This document shows, piece after piece, positions 41,581 to 55,700 of a DNA stretch of 64,000 nt. The stretch is from assembly GCA_964016885.1 (NCBI GenBank), contig OZ024742.1:295802001-295866000 (forward strand). Reading direction: 5' to 3'. The stretch comes from Eledone cirrhosa. Lineage: Eukaryota. The notes beneath the pieces were generated by a model that saw nothing but the letters and a program-made list of their open reading frames with translations, had not been told where the DNA came from and ran no database searches. Both the position numbers and the translations under genes were made by a program. The first letter of the stretch is position 1; each line of letters begins with the position of its first letter.

Positions 41581-43829
41581 TTTTTTTTAGCATTTCAAAT
41601 TAATGCTGTACATAATCCTAAATATTGTCATCTAAGGATGGGAAACACTTTTCTGTTTTATATTATTTTAGCTTCATGTTTTATAAGAATCTAGTGATAT
41701 TGTTTGAAAGAGATCTGATAAAATATATATGACTAACAGTTGTTAACTGAAGTAAGGCTAATACTATCTTATAGTTAATAATGCATTATTTTCTTTTGAT
41801 TTCATGCCTGCCAGTCCTCACTCTATATTTCTCTCATATTAAGCAACAAGCATATCAAATTGACTTGCTAATTTAACAACTAACTATGACCATGCCAATT
41901 GGAGTTTATAAATAATGTAGGCATTATCTTTAAAGCTGCTTGTATGTAGCCTGATTTATTTAGTTAGACAGGCATGATGATAATAATTATTGCTAAATTG
42001 AGATGGATATGTAGTGCTATGAGGGATAAGAGAAAGAACGTTGCTTTAGCTAATGTGGAAGCATTCCTTGTCTAAATAAATTATCCTTTATAAAGTGAAA
42101 AAAATCTTAAATAAACAGCGCCCTGATTTTGTAAAGGATAATCTCTATCTCTCTCTCTCTCTCGTAATCCTATTTAACAAGTGTTAAAAAGTGTATTTAG
42201 CTGTAACAGTGATTGAATTTAACTCTTAACATCCTGTATCACTGTAAGCCACATTAGTAAGACATTCTTGAAAATTGCAAAACAGCATTATAACTGTATC
42301 ACATTAAAAATTAAAGTCTTTAGTTTACTGCAAGTTTTCACCACAATTTGTCCTTGTAAAATTATGTTTAAAATTTAGATCAGGGTCTCCCAACCTGGAC
42401 AATATCGCACACCAGTGGGCAATTTCAACTGTTGAGTGGGCGATGAGCAACTGATCAAAAAATCGTGGCCGATATAGGATTTTGAGTATTAAGTAGGTAT
42501 TTCGACATATGCTACATAAAAGCACATTCAAAGGATATATAAAATGACCCCCCCCCACACACACACACACACAAAAAAAAAAACAAAAAAAACGAGGAAT
42601 AATTGGGTCATTAACATTCAAATAGTTATTGGTACAAAATAACATTGTTTTGGAGGATATACATCAGATAGGGTAAGACTAAGAACAACTATTCCAGTAA
42701 AATTAAGAAGTGACCTCAGGATAAACTCATCAACGTCTCCAGCTCCAAAAGATCACTTCTAAGAACATTGATGACATATCGTAGACAAAATGGCAAGGAC
42801 AACAATGCCAGACAAAATATGAAAATCCCAAGACAAACCTGCTCACAGCTCAATGCACATGCTCGTAAAAACAGACAGCCACTTGAAGTTGTTGGATTGT
42901 ATTGATTGCCAAGTGATCGCGACACTCTTTCTTGTGTTCTCATATTTGTAGATTATTAAAAACAGACTTAGAGTAATTATATAACTTGGTGAACGAAAAT
43001 GTTATATATTGTTAAGGAGTTTCACATGGTTTTAGGTTCAGTCATACCACATGACACTTTAGTTATGCTTTGGATTGACTAATTCCTAGTGAGTGAAATT
43101 CCTAGTTACCAGAGTAGTGGATTAGCTGATCTATTAGAGCATCAGATCAGATGCTTTGCTGTATTTGTTATGGAATTTTGTATTCCGAGTTCAAATCATG
43201 CTGTGGCCTACTTTGGTGTAACATGTTTACTACTACCTGGACTTTGGGTGCCTTTAGCAGAGTTCATTCTGTTGCAAGCATTTGATCAAGTTCTTTGGTT
43301 TGAAGATGTCTTTTTCCATCCCTCCTACCAATCCCAAAAGCTTTTATTAAACAAGAAAAAAATCAAACCAATAATTCTTAATAAATAAATTTTAATGTAT
43401 ATGACAATAGAAATTATAAGTATAACTTTGAAATAATAAACAGACCTAGTGTAGACCGTTTTTTTTTTTTTTTCATTAATAGTTTTTAGTTTGTATATCA
43501 CATAGCCTGTATAGAACAGTTGAAAATAATTTAAAAGTTGAGTAAATATTTTCTTTATGCTAATTTTCACTAGGACAAGCAGTTAAGTATCCACTAAATT
43601 GTAAAATATAAATTCTATATTTAACTAATTATATTGTTTTGTAGTTTTGCAGTTTGTAATAAGATTATGAAAAAAGAAATCTAATAAAAAAAAAAAAACT
43701 AAATTCCTTAAAAAAAAAAAAAAATACAAAATTATTTATTTTATAGAGTCAACCCTTTTGTTACAATATTTCTATGATTTTAAAATTTATCATGTATTTG
43801 GCAAGATTTAGTAATATATGTTATTACAG

Positions 43830-43925
43830 GAAATTATTTAGGTACAATTTAGAATGTTTACTCACATCATTGGCTGGAGACGATGGTAGATTCAGATGGT
43901 GTTCGAAGTCGTCATCCATGTTACT
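43830..43925 (+). CDS. Candidate 96-nt internal exon, product unknown
   Basis: ttattacag| ... |GTAAGT; phase-2 frame open: KLFRYNLECLLTSLAGDDGRFRWCSKSSSML. Confidence 0.4.
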
Positions 43926-43994
43926 GTAAGTAAATTGCCAAAGGGAACTCTAAATATCGTAAATAAATATATATACATATATTATGTCTAAACA

Positions 43995-44174
43995 TAATTG
44001 TTTCTACTTTAGGCAGCAATTACCCAGTGTATTACTGGTACTTTATTTTATCGACCCCGTAAGGATGAAAGGCAAAGTCAACCTCGGCGGGATTTGAACT
44101 CAGATCGTAAAGGGACGTAACTATGCTGGAAAGCATGGCGTCCGACCCTCTACTGATACTGCCAATCCACCGCC
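43995..44174 (-). mobile_element. tRNA-derived SINE (dominant family)
   Basis: Homologous to 14654-14845. Confidence 0.85.
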
Positions 44175-45403
44175 AATGGAATCAAACTCCCATTGTCACT
44201 GCCTCCGTCTATCTCTCACTATTATAAGCAAACAGGGGCCCCCACATGCTGGCCACTATGCTGCCCCGGTGGACAATAGAGGAGGCATTTCCCTGGAGGA
44301 TGGTAAGGGAGACGCATTGGAAGAGCCATTCCAGCTCCTGAGGCTCACACATTGGAAGGGTCTTAGATGAAATAGAGGGTTCAACATCAAAGAACCAGTT
44401 CTATCATAGAACTGGTTCTCTGATGTTGAACCAGGTGTGATTTCAAGCAGTTTGGTATAAAAAGGATTAACAGTACTTTGGTCATTACTTTCCCAGTAAT
44501 TTTAGATTTTATGAATAGAAACATGGCTTAGTGGTTAGGAATTTTACTTCACAATCATGAGGTCCCACCTTTGGTCCCATTATCTGGCAAATTGGACAGG
44601 TGTCTTTATTGCATCCTTCAATTGACCCAAGTTTGTGAGTGAAAGTGGATTGAGAGAAACTGTGTGGTAATCCCTCAAATAGATTTTACCAGTAATTTAA
44701 TGGTCCTGTCTTATCACATATTGTGTCATGCTGTTTCAGCTTCAGATTTACATTAAGGGCACACATATGACTGTAGAATATTCAGTTACGTGTATGTTAA
44801 CTTAATCAGGTGAAAATCCAGTTGATCAAACAAGTTTTCAGTTTCTCCTTAGTCTAGAGGCTCATGAAGCTAGAGCTTATCTCATATTCTTTGGTGTCAA
44901 ATGAATGCAAGTACAAGATTTCCCTCTGGATGGGATGCCAGGCTGTTACTGCCAGTTGAAATGAAATGTCTTGCTGAAGTAGTCAACATGCTGGTTTCTC
45001 CGGGAATCAAACCCATAGCCTCATAATCATGAGCCAAACACCTTAACCACTTGGCTGCATGCCTTCACTACTGGTGCATTATCCTACTGTTGCCATGATA
45101 AAATGCATGCAACCGCTCTGTAAAGTAGTAGTGCTGGTGCCACGATAAAATGCACCCACTCCACCCTGTAAAGTAGTACTGCTATTACCCTGTAATGTGG
45201 TGCTGCTCCCAGGATAAAATGTTGTAATATAGTTGACAAATGAAAGGCATACAGCTATTGAAATCAAGTCAAAATGGAACGTACAAGCAAAACATGGTCA
45301 TATATTCTGTCGAGTCTCAGGGCATGACAACCTATCCCAGTATGGAAACCAGGTGTAGAATGGTGTTGATAGTGAGAACGAGGATGAAATGGTGTTAATT
45401 AAT

Positions 45404-46115
45404 TCTTCTTCTTCTTTGCCCACTTATATCCTGAAAGGGTCATGAGGGCAGAGTCCTCCAACACTCCTTCCTGCAGATCCTGTCAGAAGCAACCATTTCC
45501 AATTGATCCATCCAGCTGAGCTCATGGATATTATCCAACCATGTTGCTCGGGGTCTACTCCTGGGTCTCCTCCTAGTTAGTTTTGCCTGTAAAATATGTC
45601 CAGTGATTCTTTCCTGAGACATTCTAACCTCATGCCCATAGTATTGGAGCTGTTATCTCTCAATTCGAACAAGTAGCAACTCTCTGATCTCTGAGCTATG
45701 CACTCTGTCGACTAATGTTACTCCAAACACCCTCTGGAGGAACCACATTATGGTCACTTGTATTCGTGATCCTATTCTTTTGGTCATTACCAAAGATTTA
45801 TGACCATAGGTAAGGGTTGGCACAAATATAGAATTGAAGATAATGAATTTGGCTTTTACACTTGCCTCCTTTCTTCTGAATGCTGAAGCTGGCACACTAC
45901 TGCACCAGTTTTTGAAATTCTTGCGCTTAATTCAGCCTCCTGCCTTCCAACACCCGTGAACACAGCCCCAAGATACTTGAACTTCTCTACCTGCTTCAGT
46001 GGAACTCCATTTACATGTAGAGTGCACTGTGCAGGCTTCCTTGAGAAGACAAATGTTTCAGTTTTTGTAGCACTGATTTTCATTCCAGCCATGCAGCACT
46101 TGGCAGCAAAATCAA
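45404..46115 (-). mobile_element. 5'-truncated RTE-clade LINE (3' end with (AAG)n tail)
   Basis: AGMKISATKTE..LKQVEKFKYLGAVFT, SIFVPTLTYGH, RPRSRPRATWLD; frameshifted. Confidence 0.85.
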
Positions 46116-46137
46116 TCTATAACTACTTATTTATAAT

Positions 46138-46325
46138 AATTATTTCTACTTTTGGCACAAGGCCAGCAATTACCCAGTACATTACTGGTACTTTATTTTA
46201 TCGACCCCATAAGGATGAAAGGCAAAGTTAACCTTGGCGGGATTTGAACTCAGACCGTAAAGGGACGTAACTATGCTAGAAAGCATGGCGTCCAACCCTC
46301 TACCGATACTGCCAATTCACCACCA
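46138..46325 (-). mobile_element. tRNA-derived SINE (dominant family)
   Basis: Homologous to 14654-14845. Confidence 0.85.
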
Positions 46326-47439
46326 ATTCATCGTATTTATAATAATGATATGAAATTATATCTTTCTTTATATTTGAATATTTTTCTCATTATTTCAATT
46401 AATGAAAGTACTAAAAATTGGAATAATCGCTATGCGAGTGGATTTAATTGGTCAGATTTAAATTTAGTTAGTTTCTCATTCATATTTCATAGCTACACAT
46501 TGTTCAAATAATGTTCTTGTAAATTTCAAAAATATTTTCTTTGTGACTTTAAAGCTTATCTTTGAATTTTACAACTTTCTATTTTGTATCATCATCATCG
46601 TTTAACGTCCATTTTTCCATGTTAGCATGAGTTAGACAAGTTATCCTGTTGTGAGCAATCCCAGGTCAGGTGACTATGTCTTGTTCATATAGAACTGATT
46701 TTGGCTTAAATGTATTTCTAAACTAGTTTTACAATCCATGACTCCTGTCTAATCCATGCTGTCATGAAAAGTAAACATCATCATGATAATGACTTCAATA
46801 TTTAAATTGAATTTGTTTTATTGAAAATGCAATTTTAATCCTCATGTAGAATTTCTTTCATCTCAAATTATTTCATTATGTTTCTGCAATTGTATTTTAA
46901 TTGTCATTTTCAATTGCTTAATTATTTAATTCCAACACACACACGCACAAATGCATATCAGTAATTTTCTTTTTCACTATCATGTTAATATTTGGTATTT
47001 TGGATGACAGAATACATCAAATGATAACATTACAAGACTTATTTTTATATTAAATTCTTTCACAAATCCATTACATAATCATCATTCATTATACTTTTCA
47101 AGCATGCTTTTCTGTGCTGGCATGGGTTGAATGAGACTTTTTTGAAGCAGTGTTCTATGGCTATCTGCCCTTCTTGATGCTAACCCTTTCTTGTTTTAAA
47201 ATATGATATTTATTTGTACATATTAAACTACTGAGCTTCATGACATTGTTTATGCACGGTATTATGTCCTTGGAGCAACCTCTTCCACAGCTAATTAGAT
47301 CACCAAGGTAGCAACAGCTATCAATCACTTCTATGAAACCTTCTTGAGTTTGGAAAAGGTTTATTCCATTGATACTATTACTACCAACTATCTCTCTATA
47401 TTTACTACATACAAAATCTATCTTTCTGTGTGTCTACTG

Positions 47440-47950
47440 GCTATCCCTCTGCACCTCTTGTGCACTCAAAAAATATAGATTGTGTACACCATAGAAAGTT
47501 TCTGCCTATGCTTTTTCTACCTATCAAGCAAGGCCACTTCCCTGATGAGTTCTTTATTGTTGCAAATATTTTATTTGCTGCAAGTTCTTCATTTCTTGTG
47601 CTGTAATCCTAGTCACTGTTTAGTCCAGTGTAGCCATTCTGGTGCTACCCAACACCTCCAATGAAGTGGCCTGCTAAGACGATGAGCTTGTTATCATCTG
47701 GTATTGAAGTCGTCTGTAAGTGTTCTTCATATAAATGATATTTTTGGTCTTTACTTAGTCCTGCTTTTGGTGCATAGGTAAAAATAACTGTAATCATTCT
47801 ATTGTCTATAATTATTCTGGTTTTGATAATTCTGTCATTTACTCTAACTACCTCAATTAACTTATCTCTTCCTTTCTCAGCAAAGAGAATGCCATTCCAC
47901 CTACCCCATTACCATTTCCTACCCAGAAAATACTATATGTACATTGTCTT
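47440..47950 (-). mobile_element. Highly decayed LINE APE-endonuclease remnant
   Basis: Minus strand PDDNKLIVLAGHFIGGVG..NGY resembles the RTE ILAGDFNGHVG motif. Confidence 0.4.
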
Positions 47951-49222
47951 GCTAAGTTATCCCTCTATCTCACCTCTTTAACACAGCATACAGCCACTTT
48001 CAAATTCTATAAAAAAATACCAGTACCAGTCCATTATTGGGGTCGATTCTTCCTCTATATCTCTTTTCCTCATTGTTGCTCTTTCTCTCTCTCAATCACC
48101 TGAACAAATTGCCTGTGTTCAGATCTGGTGTGAGGGGATAGACTCCATCAGGTTTAAATGCCCAAGACATGCTGTATGTTATTACATATATAACTAGTTT
48201 GAAAAGTACATTAAACATAAACTCTTGGTCTTTGAGTCATGCATGGTGATGATAAAATAAATTTTACATTATTCTCCCAATGTATTGATTTTTGTTTTTC
48301 CAATTTGCACACCTATGTGTGTTTGTGTGCATATTTTACTTGTGTTATTCTATTTTGTGGTCTATATTGTAATGTAATTAAGGAATTTATTCATATAAAA
48401 TAATATAAACCTAACATTTTTTATCAAGAGCATCCTTCTGTATTTATAAAATTACTGTTGTTGATGTTCTTATGGAAACCCTGAAAATATCATGTTTCCT
48501 TCTATTTGATAGCTAATGACATTTGAAATCTGTAAGTCAGTACCAAATCCCCATATCTGTTTACTTCCTGATAAAAATACTATTTCATTTATCTAAAATA
48601 AGCAATATATGAGGTGATAGAATTGTTAGTTAAACAAGACAAGAGAGGAGCAGCTAGTTTTAAATAGAAAATGTTTATTGCAAGAGTTATTCTCGATTCT
48701 ACTTGTCAAATGTTTGCATATGTTTGCAGTAGCTTCCGACACTTATAATACACAACAATACGATATTCCTGTGGCACATGCCAAAAAAAGCTGCCATATA
48801 AATGCTTACTTTTAAATAGAAATTCTTATTGTCTTTTACTGGTTTTTGTTAAAGAAGTTGTATGAAATCTAATTAGATTGTATGTTAATTACAGCTTGCA
48901 TTTGATATAAACTTATTGTGCATTCTTATCGTTCTCATTTGCAATGGTTTCACATCATTACCTATTACCATTATGTCAGATTTTTTATAATTATCTCTAG
49001 ATTAGGATGATATCTATTTTTAATTAAATTGTTACTGCTTTCCAAACTGTGCATCAACACTTATATGTAGCGTTGTAATTGTTATGTTTATAAACATGAT
49101 TTTCTTTTTTAACTAAGTCAATTTTTGTAGTGTTTGATGAAAAGAATTATACATCTTAACAGTTTCCACTAAAGTTGTTAACTGTGGGAAGAATTTGGAA
49201 AGAACTTGATGTAGAGAAATGA

Positions 49223-49630
49223 CTCAACCTATACTGGTTTAGCTGGCCTCCTATGATGTTGTATCTCATAGGATGTTTCTCATGTATTTGAATGATAGGG
49301 GCTCCAGTCCTATCATGCTGTTACAGCTCAACCGATACTGGTTTAGCTGATCTTCTACAAGGTTGTATCTCATAGGATGTTTCTCATGTATTTTAATGAT
49401 AGGGGCTTCAGTCCTATCATGTTGTTACAGCTGATACCTATGAAGTCTTAGCTGACTGCCTATGAGGCTGCATCTTACTGGGAGGTTTCACATATGTTTT
49501 AATGATAGGGGCTCCACTCCTATCATGTTATAGCTCATACCTATGCAGGTTTAGCTATAGTCTCCTATAAGGTTGCATCTGAAAGGTGGAATCTGGGGTG
49601 TTTTAATGTTAAGGGCTCTAGTTCTATAAT
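49223..49630. repeat. Four diverged tandem copies of a ~104-bp unit
   Basis: Units start at ~49223, 49327, 49431 and 49534. Confidence 0.85.
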
Positions 49631-50544
49631 AAAAAGCAGCATGAGATGAAGCATCTTGTTCAAAAACACAACATACCATCTGGTCCCGGAATCAAACCCA
49701 TGACCTTATGGTCATTAGTTTAACATCCTAACCACTAGGCCATTCACCTTCCCTAGTAGTCATTATCATAACCATCAGTTTCACATCCATATGAGGAGAC
49801 TAAAAGTGTTGAGGCCATAAATGGAATCTGACTTTAGAATTCACTCTCAAAGGGGGCCATCTAGTCCAAGCCAGTAGAGAGGAGCTGACGTAAAAACAAC
49901 AATGATGATGATGGAGAGGAAGAAATCAATAAAGCAATGATTAAAATCAATAAAGCAATGAAGTAAAATCCCACAGATGTAGGTTCACAGAAACAGGATT
50001 CTATTCTTATTTGTAACCAATGCTAGTGTTACCATTAAGGCCAACTAGGTAGCCACCTAGCTCACAGACCTCAGAGATGTGCTTAACTGGACCATAAAGG
50101 ATCAATTTAAACAAATGTTTACAATTAAATATGCAACAATTTCCTATGGTGAATAAATGAATCAATAAATATCTTTGTGGTGGAGAGATTATAGGGTGTT
50201 ATGACTTGTAAAGTAATTTAATGTGGGTGTAGTGTGTGTAATGGAAAATACATGCTTAGTAATTTTCTTAATGTCATCAGAAGAGGAAGTTTCAAAAGCT
50301 ATGTTTCTCAGTTTTACAAACCATTAGTTGAAATTATTTTATTTGGGAGAATGGGGTACACATTTTACAGCTAGTCTAGGGTGCTAAATGCCCAGACAAT
50401 TGATCTGGTTGTAACCCAACTCTTATATTGTTGTTGTTTGCAACAGCAAACACTTTCCATATTCTTTAATTGCTTATTAAAGAAATCAATATTAAGTAGA
50501 TAATATGGTGGTTCACTCGCAATAGATAAAACTGATTTATATTA

Positions 50545-50764
50545 TCTCCTTATAATATATAACCAGCAATTTCTCTGTCTGTCTGTCCGACGCGTAGAGA
50601 GAGAGTGAGAGTGAAAGAAAGAGACAGACTACAAGAGGGGGATAGCGGGAGGGAGAGAGAGAGACGCTGGAAGAGGGGAAGGAAAGCTATGTCTTGCTGT
50701 CTGCATTACGATACATATATATATACACACACACACACTGAGCAACGCCGGGCCATTCTGCTAG
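50545..50764 (+). mobile_element. Short Helitron-like element
   Basis: A|TC start; ctgagcaacgccggg subterminal motif; CTAG|T end. Confidence 0.65.
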
Positions 50765-50766
50765 TT

Positions 50767-51349
50767 TCTATATATAAAACTGAGGATGTCTGTCTGTGTG
50801 TGTGTGAGTTTGAATCCCTAAAACTAGAGAAGCACCCAACCGACTGTTTTCAAACTTTACACATGTAATACATGTTTCAGGGAGTGTTCTGAGCAAAAGA
50901 AAATTTCAAATTTTCAATGCCCTAGGGACCACATTAGGCGATTTAGCGATCTCTCTCTATATAATTCTTAGTCTTTCTCTTTTTATATATATACATACAT
51001 ATAGAGTCGCGCCCTTATAATATCTGTCTGTATGTCTGACTGTCTGCATTACGTCACCTCCCACAATTCCATCTGCATCCAGAACGCGCCCTTATAATAT
51101 CTGTCTGGCTGTCTGCTGCCTCCGGTTATTCTGCCACCCTTGCTCAAGACAAATCTCACACTCATTCCCCAAACAGTTGGTAAGTGCACACAACTTCTTC
51201 CTCACGTTTTAAGCCACAGTGTTGCTTGCTTACGTACCACCAGACCCTTACTTCTTTGCCAGCCGTGGTTGTGGTAATACTAAGCTTAGTTAAGGCGGTT
51301 ATATATTTCACAATACCTTATCCCGTGCAATGCCGGGTACCACTGCTAG
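50767..51349 (+). mobile_element. Non-autonomous Helitron-like element
   Basis: TC start; cccgtgcaatgccggg hairpin; CTAG|T end; shares ends with 18562-19183. Confidence 0.75.
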
Positions 51350-54016
51350 TAGTCTATAAATCTACTTCACAATTTCAAACAGTAGAAGAATACGGTATAG
51401 GAAAGGAATGATCCTGCAAAGATGTTTTAACAGTTCACTTTGTTAACTCTTTCTAAACCAAACCACCTGAAAGTGCCCCAGTTTATTTAAAGTGTTTATA
51501 TCTAAATTTCTTACATTATAATTTTATGTAAAAAAAATTTAAGTTATCGTTAAAACACCAGCTTACCAATGAGAAAGTTAGTTATATTCCCAAATCTTTC
51601 TTAATTTGTTATTTTAAAAATAATTTGAAAACTAGGTCTTTCATTGAATATATGGTAATGAAAGAGCTAAACTTAAGCTATTCTCTCACTCAGTTAGATA
51701 TTTGAGAAGTATTTACTGTAGTCACCACTATTATCATCATCATTTGTATGTGTGTTTTTCTGTGCTTGCATGGGATGGATGGGTCTTTTCTAGCACAGTA
51801 CCTCACCATATTTTGCATTCCATTGTCATCTCTTTTGTGAGGTTCATCCTGAGATCAGCTCTCACTGCTTCCTAAGCTTTTCTCCTTTGTAATGTCTTTT
51901 CATTTGGATCTCCTAGAACTTCTTTACCCAATTATGACAAGTTTACTAAAGGAAACAAATCTTTATATTTGTGCTGAAAATAAACATCGACAACAGTATT
52001 GCATGGGAGAAAGAACCCCCAAATCAATCATAGCTATTTTTCCATTTACAACTCTCCTACTGTTAAATATAAATGTTCCTAAAGTTAATTATATTCATTT
52101 ACATTTTGCGATAAACATTTCTAAAATATGCACAAAATGTAAAATTTGCAGGGAGGCTTTATCCATTAAATCAACCCCAGTCTTTGACCACTTCTTTATT
52201 TCATTGACCCCAAAATGAGATAAAGCAAAGTTGACCTTCGAAAAGTTCTCCTGTTAAGTGTTAATGCAGTTTTATATACTGTAGAATGTTAATTGTTAAT
52301 AAGGTTTGTTTTATCCCCTATGAAACCTTTAGTCATGACAAGCCATTCAATATAATATCATTTTCATAATTCAAAGATATACTTTCTTATGAAACGTGTT
52401 TTCGGTGTACATCCCATTTAAGTCTGTAAAGCTTTTATTACCATATTTCTAATGAAAAACATGCCTAATTTTCAAAACAAATTTTCTCACTATTAAATTT
52501 ATTCTCCAGGGGATTATTTAAATTTCTCTTTATCAAACTCACGTTTGGAACATAACAAAGGTTTTTACATAACATTTTGATGGAAGGATTTTTGATAAAT
52601 ATAAACACTTTATAATATACTGACTTGTATCATAGAACCTGGAGTAGTTTCATACAATTTGGTATCAAAAGGATTTATGCACCAAATTTTAAATATATCA
52701 ACATATGGTAAAGTAATTACTCTAGCCCTGAGTAAATAAACAGACAGCATGAATTAGTCATCAAATACACTCAATAAATGGGTGAAAGACATTATTTAGA
52801 TATTAAGATATTTCTTCTTTTTTTTTACAGTTTAAAGTAATCTGAGAAATTGTGAACATAATAAATAGTGATAAAAGATTGTAATTTATATGTAGAAGAT
52901 CCTACAGTCACATCACAACCACTGAAAACTCTCTAGTGCTGGTGCCATGAAAAATGCACCCAGTGCACTCTATAAATGGGATAGTATTAGGAAAAGTATC
53001 CAACTGTAAATTTGCTAAATAATGGTCCAAGAGGACTGTTCAGCTTATCAAGTGCTCAACAACCTCTTTAATGCTAGTGCTATCTAGGGAGTCAGTATCT
53101 AGTAGCTCAGTTTAAGTACTGACTTGGTCTGTGATGTCTTGTCCAACCTATGACAGCTTTAAAAATGACTGTTAAGTGATGATAATGATTATTATTTAAC
53201 ATACATTATACATATTTATTTCGTACACAGTTGGTCTGGTTGACTAGAAGCATTAAAGACTTAAATCTTTGTTTCATATAAAACATTTTAAGAAGTATAG
53301 GCACAGCTATGGCTGTGGAGTTAAAGATTTTGATTTGGTTCAGTCCCACTGTCTTCTACTATAGCTAGGGTTGACCAATACCTTGTGAATGGGATTTGGG
53401 AAGTCAGAAATTGTATGTATATGCGTCCATGTGTGTTTTCTTCAATAACAGTGTGTTTATGCCCTGTCATTTACAAGCTCAACAAATAGAGATTGATAGA
53501 ATAATTACCAAACCTGAAAAAGAGGCAATTCTTAGTTCAACAAGACTGATGTATATCCCTTAAAGGCAGTGGTCCAGCATGGCCACAGTCTAGTGACTTA
53601 AACCAGTAAAGGATAAAAGAAATTTAAAAAAAAAGAATGAATATATTCGGCAAACTTCTTAAACATACAACTATTTAATCATGAATGTCCTTGCCCATGC
53701 AAACAAATAAAATAAGTAGATAAATAAAAAGATGAAACTATCCAAAAACATAGTTAATGTTATTAAAAATATCATGAAGCCACCACAATTATTTGTTGTT
53801 GTTCAATATGTTCATCTGCACAAACATATCTCTAAGTATGTTCGTAGACCAATCAAACAAAATCCTTTAAATTTGTTTACTTATGAAGAAAAGATAAGCA
53901 AGCTGAATCAATGAAAGTACTGACTCTCTAATTTATATTTCATCACATCTTCCTTGTGATTTCTTCATCATAAAACTCTGATACTGTTAAAGAGTATTCC
54001 TCCATCAAAACTTGGA

Positions 54017-54084
54017 TCATATACATCCTGTAAAGATTTAGCGGAAAATATCATATACATCCTGTAAAGATTTAGCGGAAAATA
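54017..54084. repeat. Perfect 34-bp tandem duplication
   Basis: tcatatacatcctgtaaagatttagcggaaaata x2. Confidence 0.95.
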
Positions 54085-55284
54085 TCTGAAAACAAGTTTG
54101 TTAACTCAAATGTTTATAGTTTATTTATCATTGTAAAAATGTGCAGTATTAGTGTAAAATAATTTTAAATCTAATACTGTCATAATACTTTTTTGTGCTT
54201 TTCAAGATTGTCTTGGTAATGTGGTTTCACTCTTTAGTTGCTTTCTTCTGATATGTTATTCCTCTTGAAGCGAAATATCTTATGCTAGCATAACCTCCAG
54301 CAGAATAGATATTTTTTTAATGTTAACCACTTAACTATAACGTTGGATCTGAGTCAAACATCAAAGAGCACTCTACATATTAAAAAAAAAAAAAAGTTTT
54401 GATTTGTAAAAAAATATTTTCAAACTTTGCTCCTTGTGCAACTGTCTTCTACTATAGACTCAAGTTGATTAATGCATTGTGAGTGTACTTGATAGATGGA
54501 AACCATGAGAAAGCCTTATATATATACATATATATTATACAGTTTCAGCTTGATCACTTCTGAAACTATAAAGTAACTGCCACTTTTCTACTTGAAAGTT
54601 ATCGAGTGCTCAATCAGCTAATGTTTTAAATAATATGGTATTTTAAACACAGTATATCTTTACACATACATCTATGTGTGTCTGTCTGTGTGTCTCTGTG
54701 TGTATGTTTGTGTGTGTGTAAATATATGAATAAATGTGTGTGTGTATGTCTATTTTCTGAAGAACGGATGGCAGTGATTTTGGAGTTTTGTTACTATACC
54801 TCTTCAATCTGTAGTTTTTGTCACCTTTTTCTTTAGAAAGTATATAATATAATCTGATCACATGTATCGAATGTTCATCAGTAAATATTTGAACATTCGA
54901 TTCACTCACTTACAAATGCTTGTATGTGTGTTGTTGAGTGAGTTAGTAACTCTGCTAACAAAAAAAGGTTTCTCTCTCAAGGTGAAAGGTAAACCGTATG
55001 ATATTTGCATGTGAACTGCAAGGTAGTGAAACATACCTTTACTACAAAAGACCTTTAATGGCTAGAAAGAAATGAAGTGAGTGTGTGCATAAGCAGTTTT
55101 GTTTGTTAGGTCTGCCAAAATATATGTAAGAATCTGGTGGTTTAAAGAGTCACTTTAAATAGTTGATAGTCTTTCTTGGACATGAGAGGACAGCCATTAT
55201 ATACATATATGTATGTGTGTGTGTGTGTGTGTGTGTGTTTGTCTCCACCTCTTCATACTGACATCCTTCATTTTATACCCACAT

Positions 55285-55500
55285 AAATAATGTTTTCTGA
55301 TTTAGACACAAGCCCAGCAACTTTGGGTAGAGTAAAGTCAATTAAATCGACACAAGTGTGCTACTGGTACTTTATTTTATCGACCCCCGTAAGGATGAAA
55401 GGCAAAGCTAACCTCGGCAGGATTCGAACTCAGTGTGTAACGGGCTGTAACTCTCTGCTGTAAAGCATGTTGTCTGATGCTCTACCTATACTGCCAATCC
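55285..55500 (-). mobile_element. tRNA-derived SINE (dominant family)
   Basis: Homologous to 20150-20372. Confidence 0.85.
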
Positions 55501-55700
55501 ACATAAATAATGACCTGCAGCTAACCAGTTTAACAAAGATGAGCAGTATATCCCATACTTAGAAATAAAGTATGGTTTTTCTCTTAGTGTTAATTCTCAT
55601 CCATACCTTTCTTTACTAGATACTCATAAAATAAGTATATAGTTAGCCTCTACATGGCTGGTCACTCAACCTTATAGAAATAGCAGTTAGTAACCCTTAA

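Noticed and set aside
42700-42950. Possible piggyBac C-terminal Cys-rich remnant
   Set aside because: Too degenerate to support by eye.
49223-49630. CRISPR-like array
   Set aside because: Whole units are homologous, with no unique spacers, no cas genes and a eukaryotic context.
54534-54622. Degenerate hammerhead-like CTGATTGA..GAAACTGTA on the minus strand
   Set aside because: Needs insertions in the core and stem I; unresolved.
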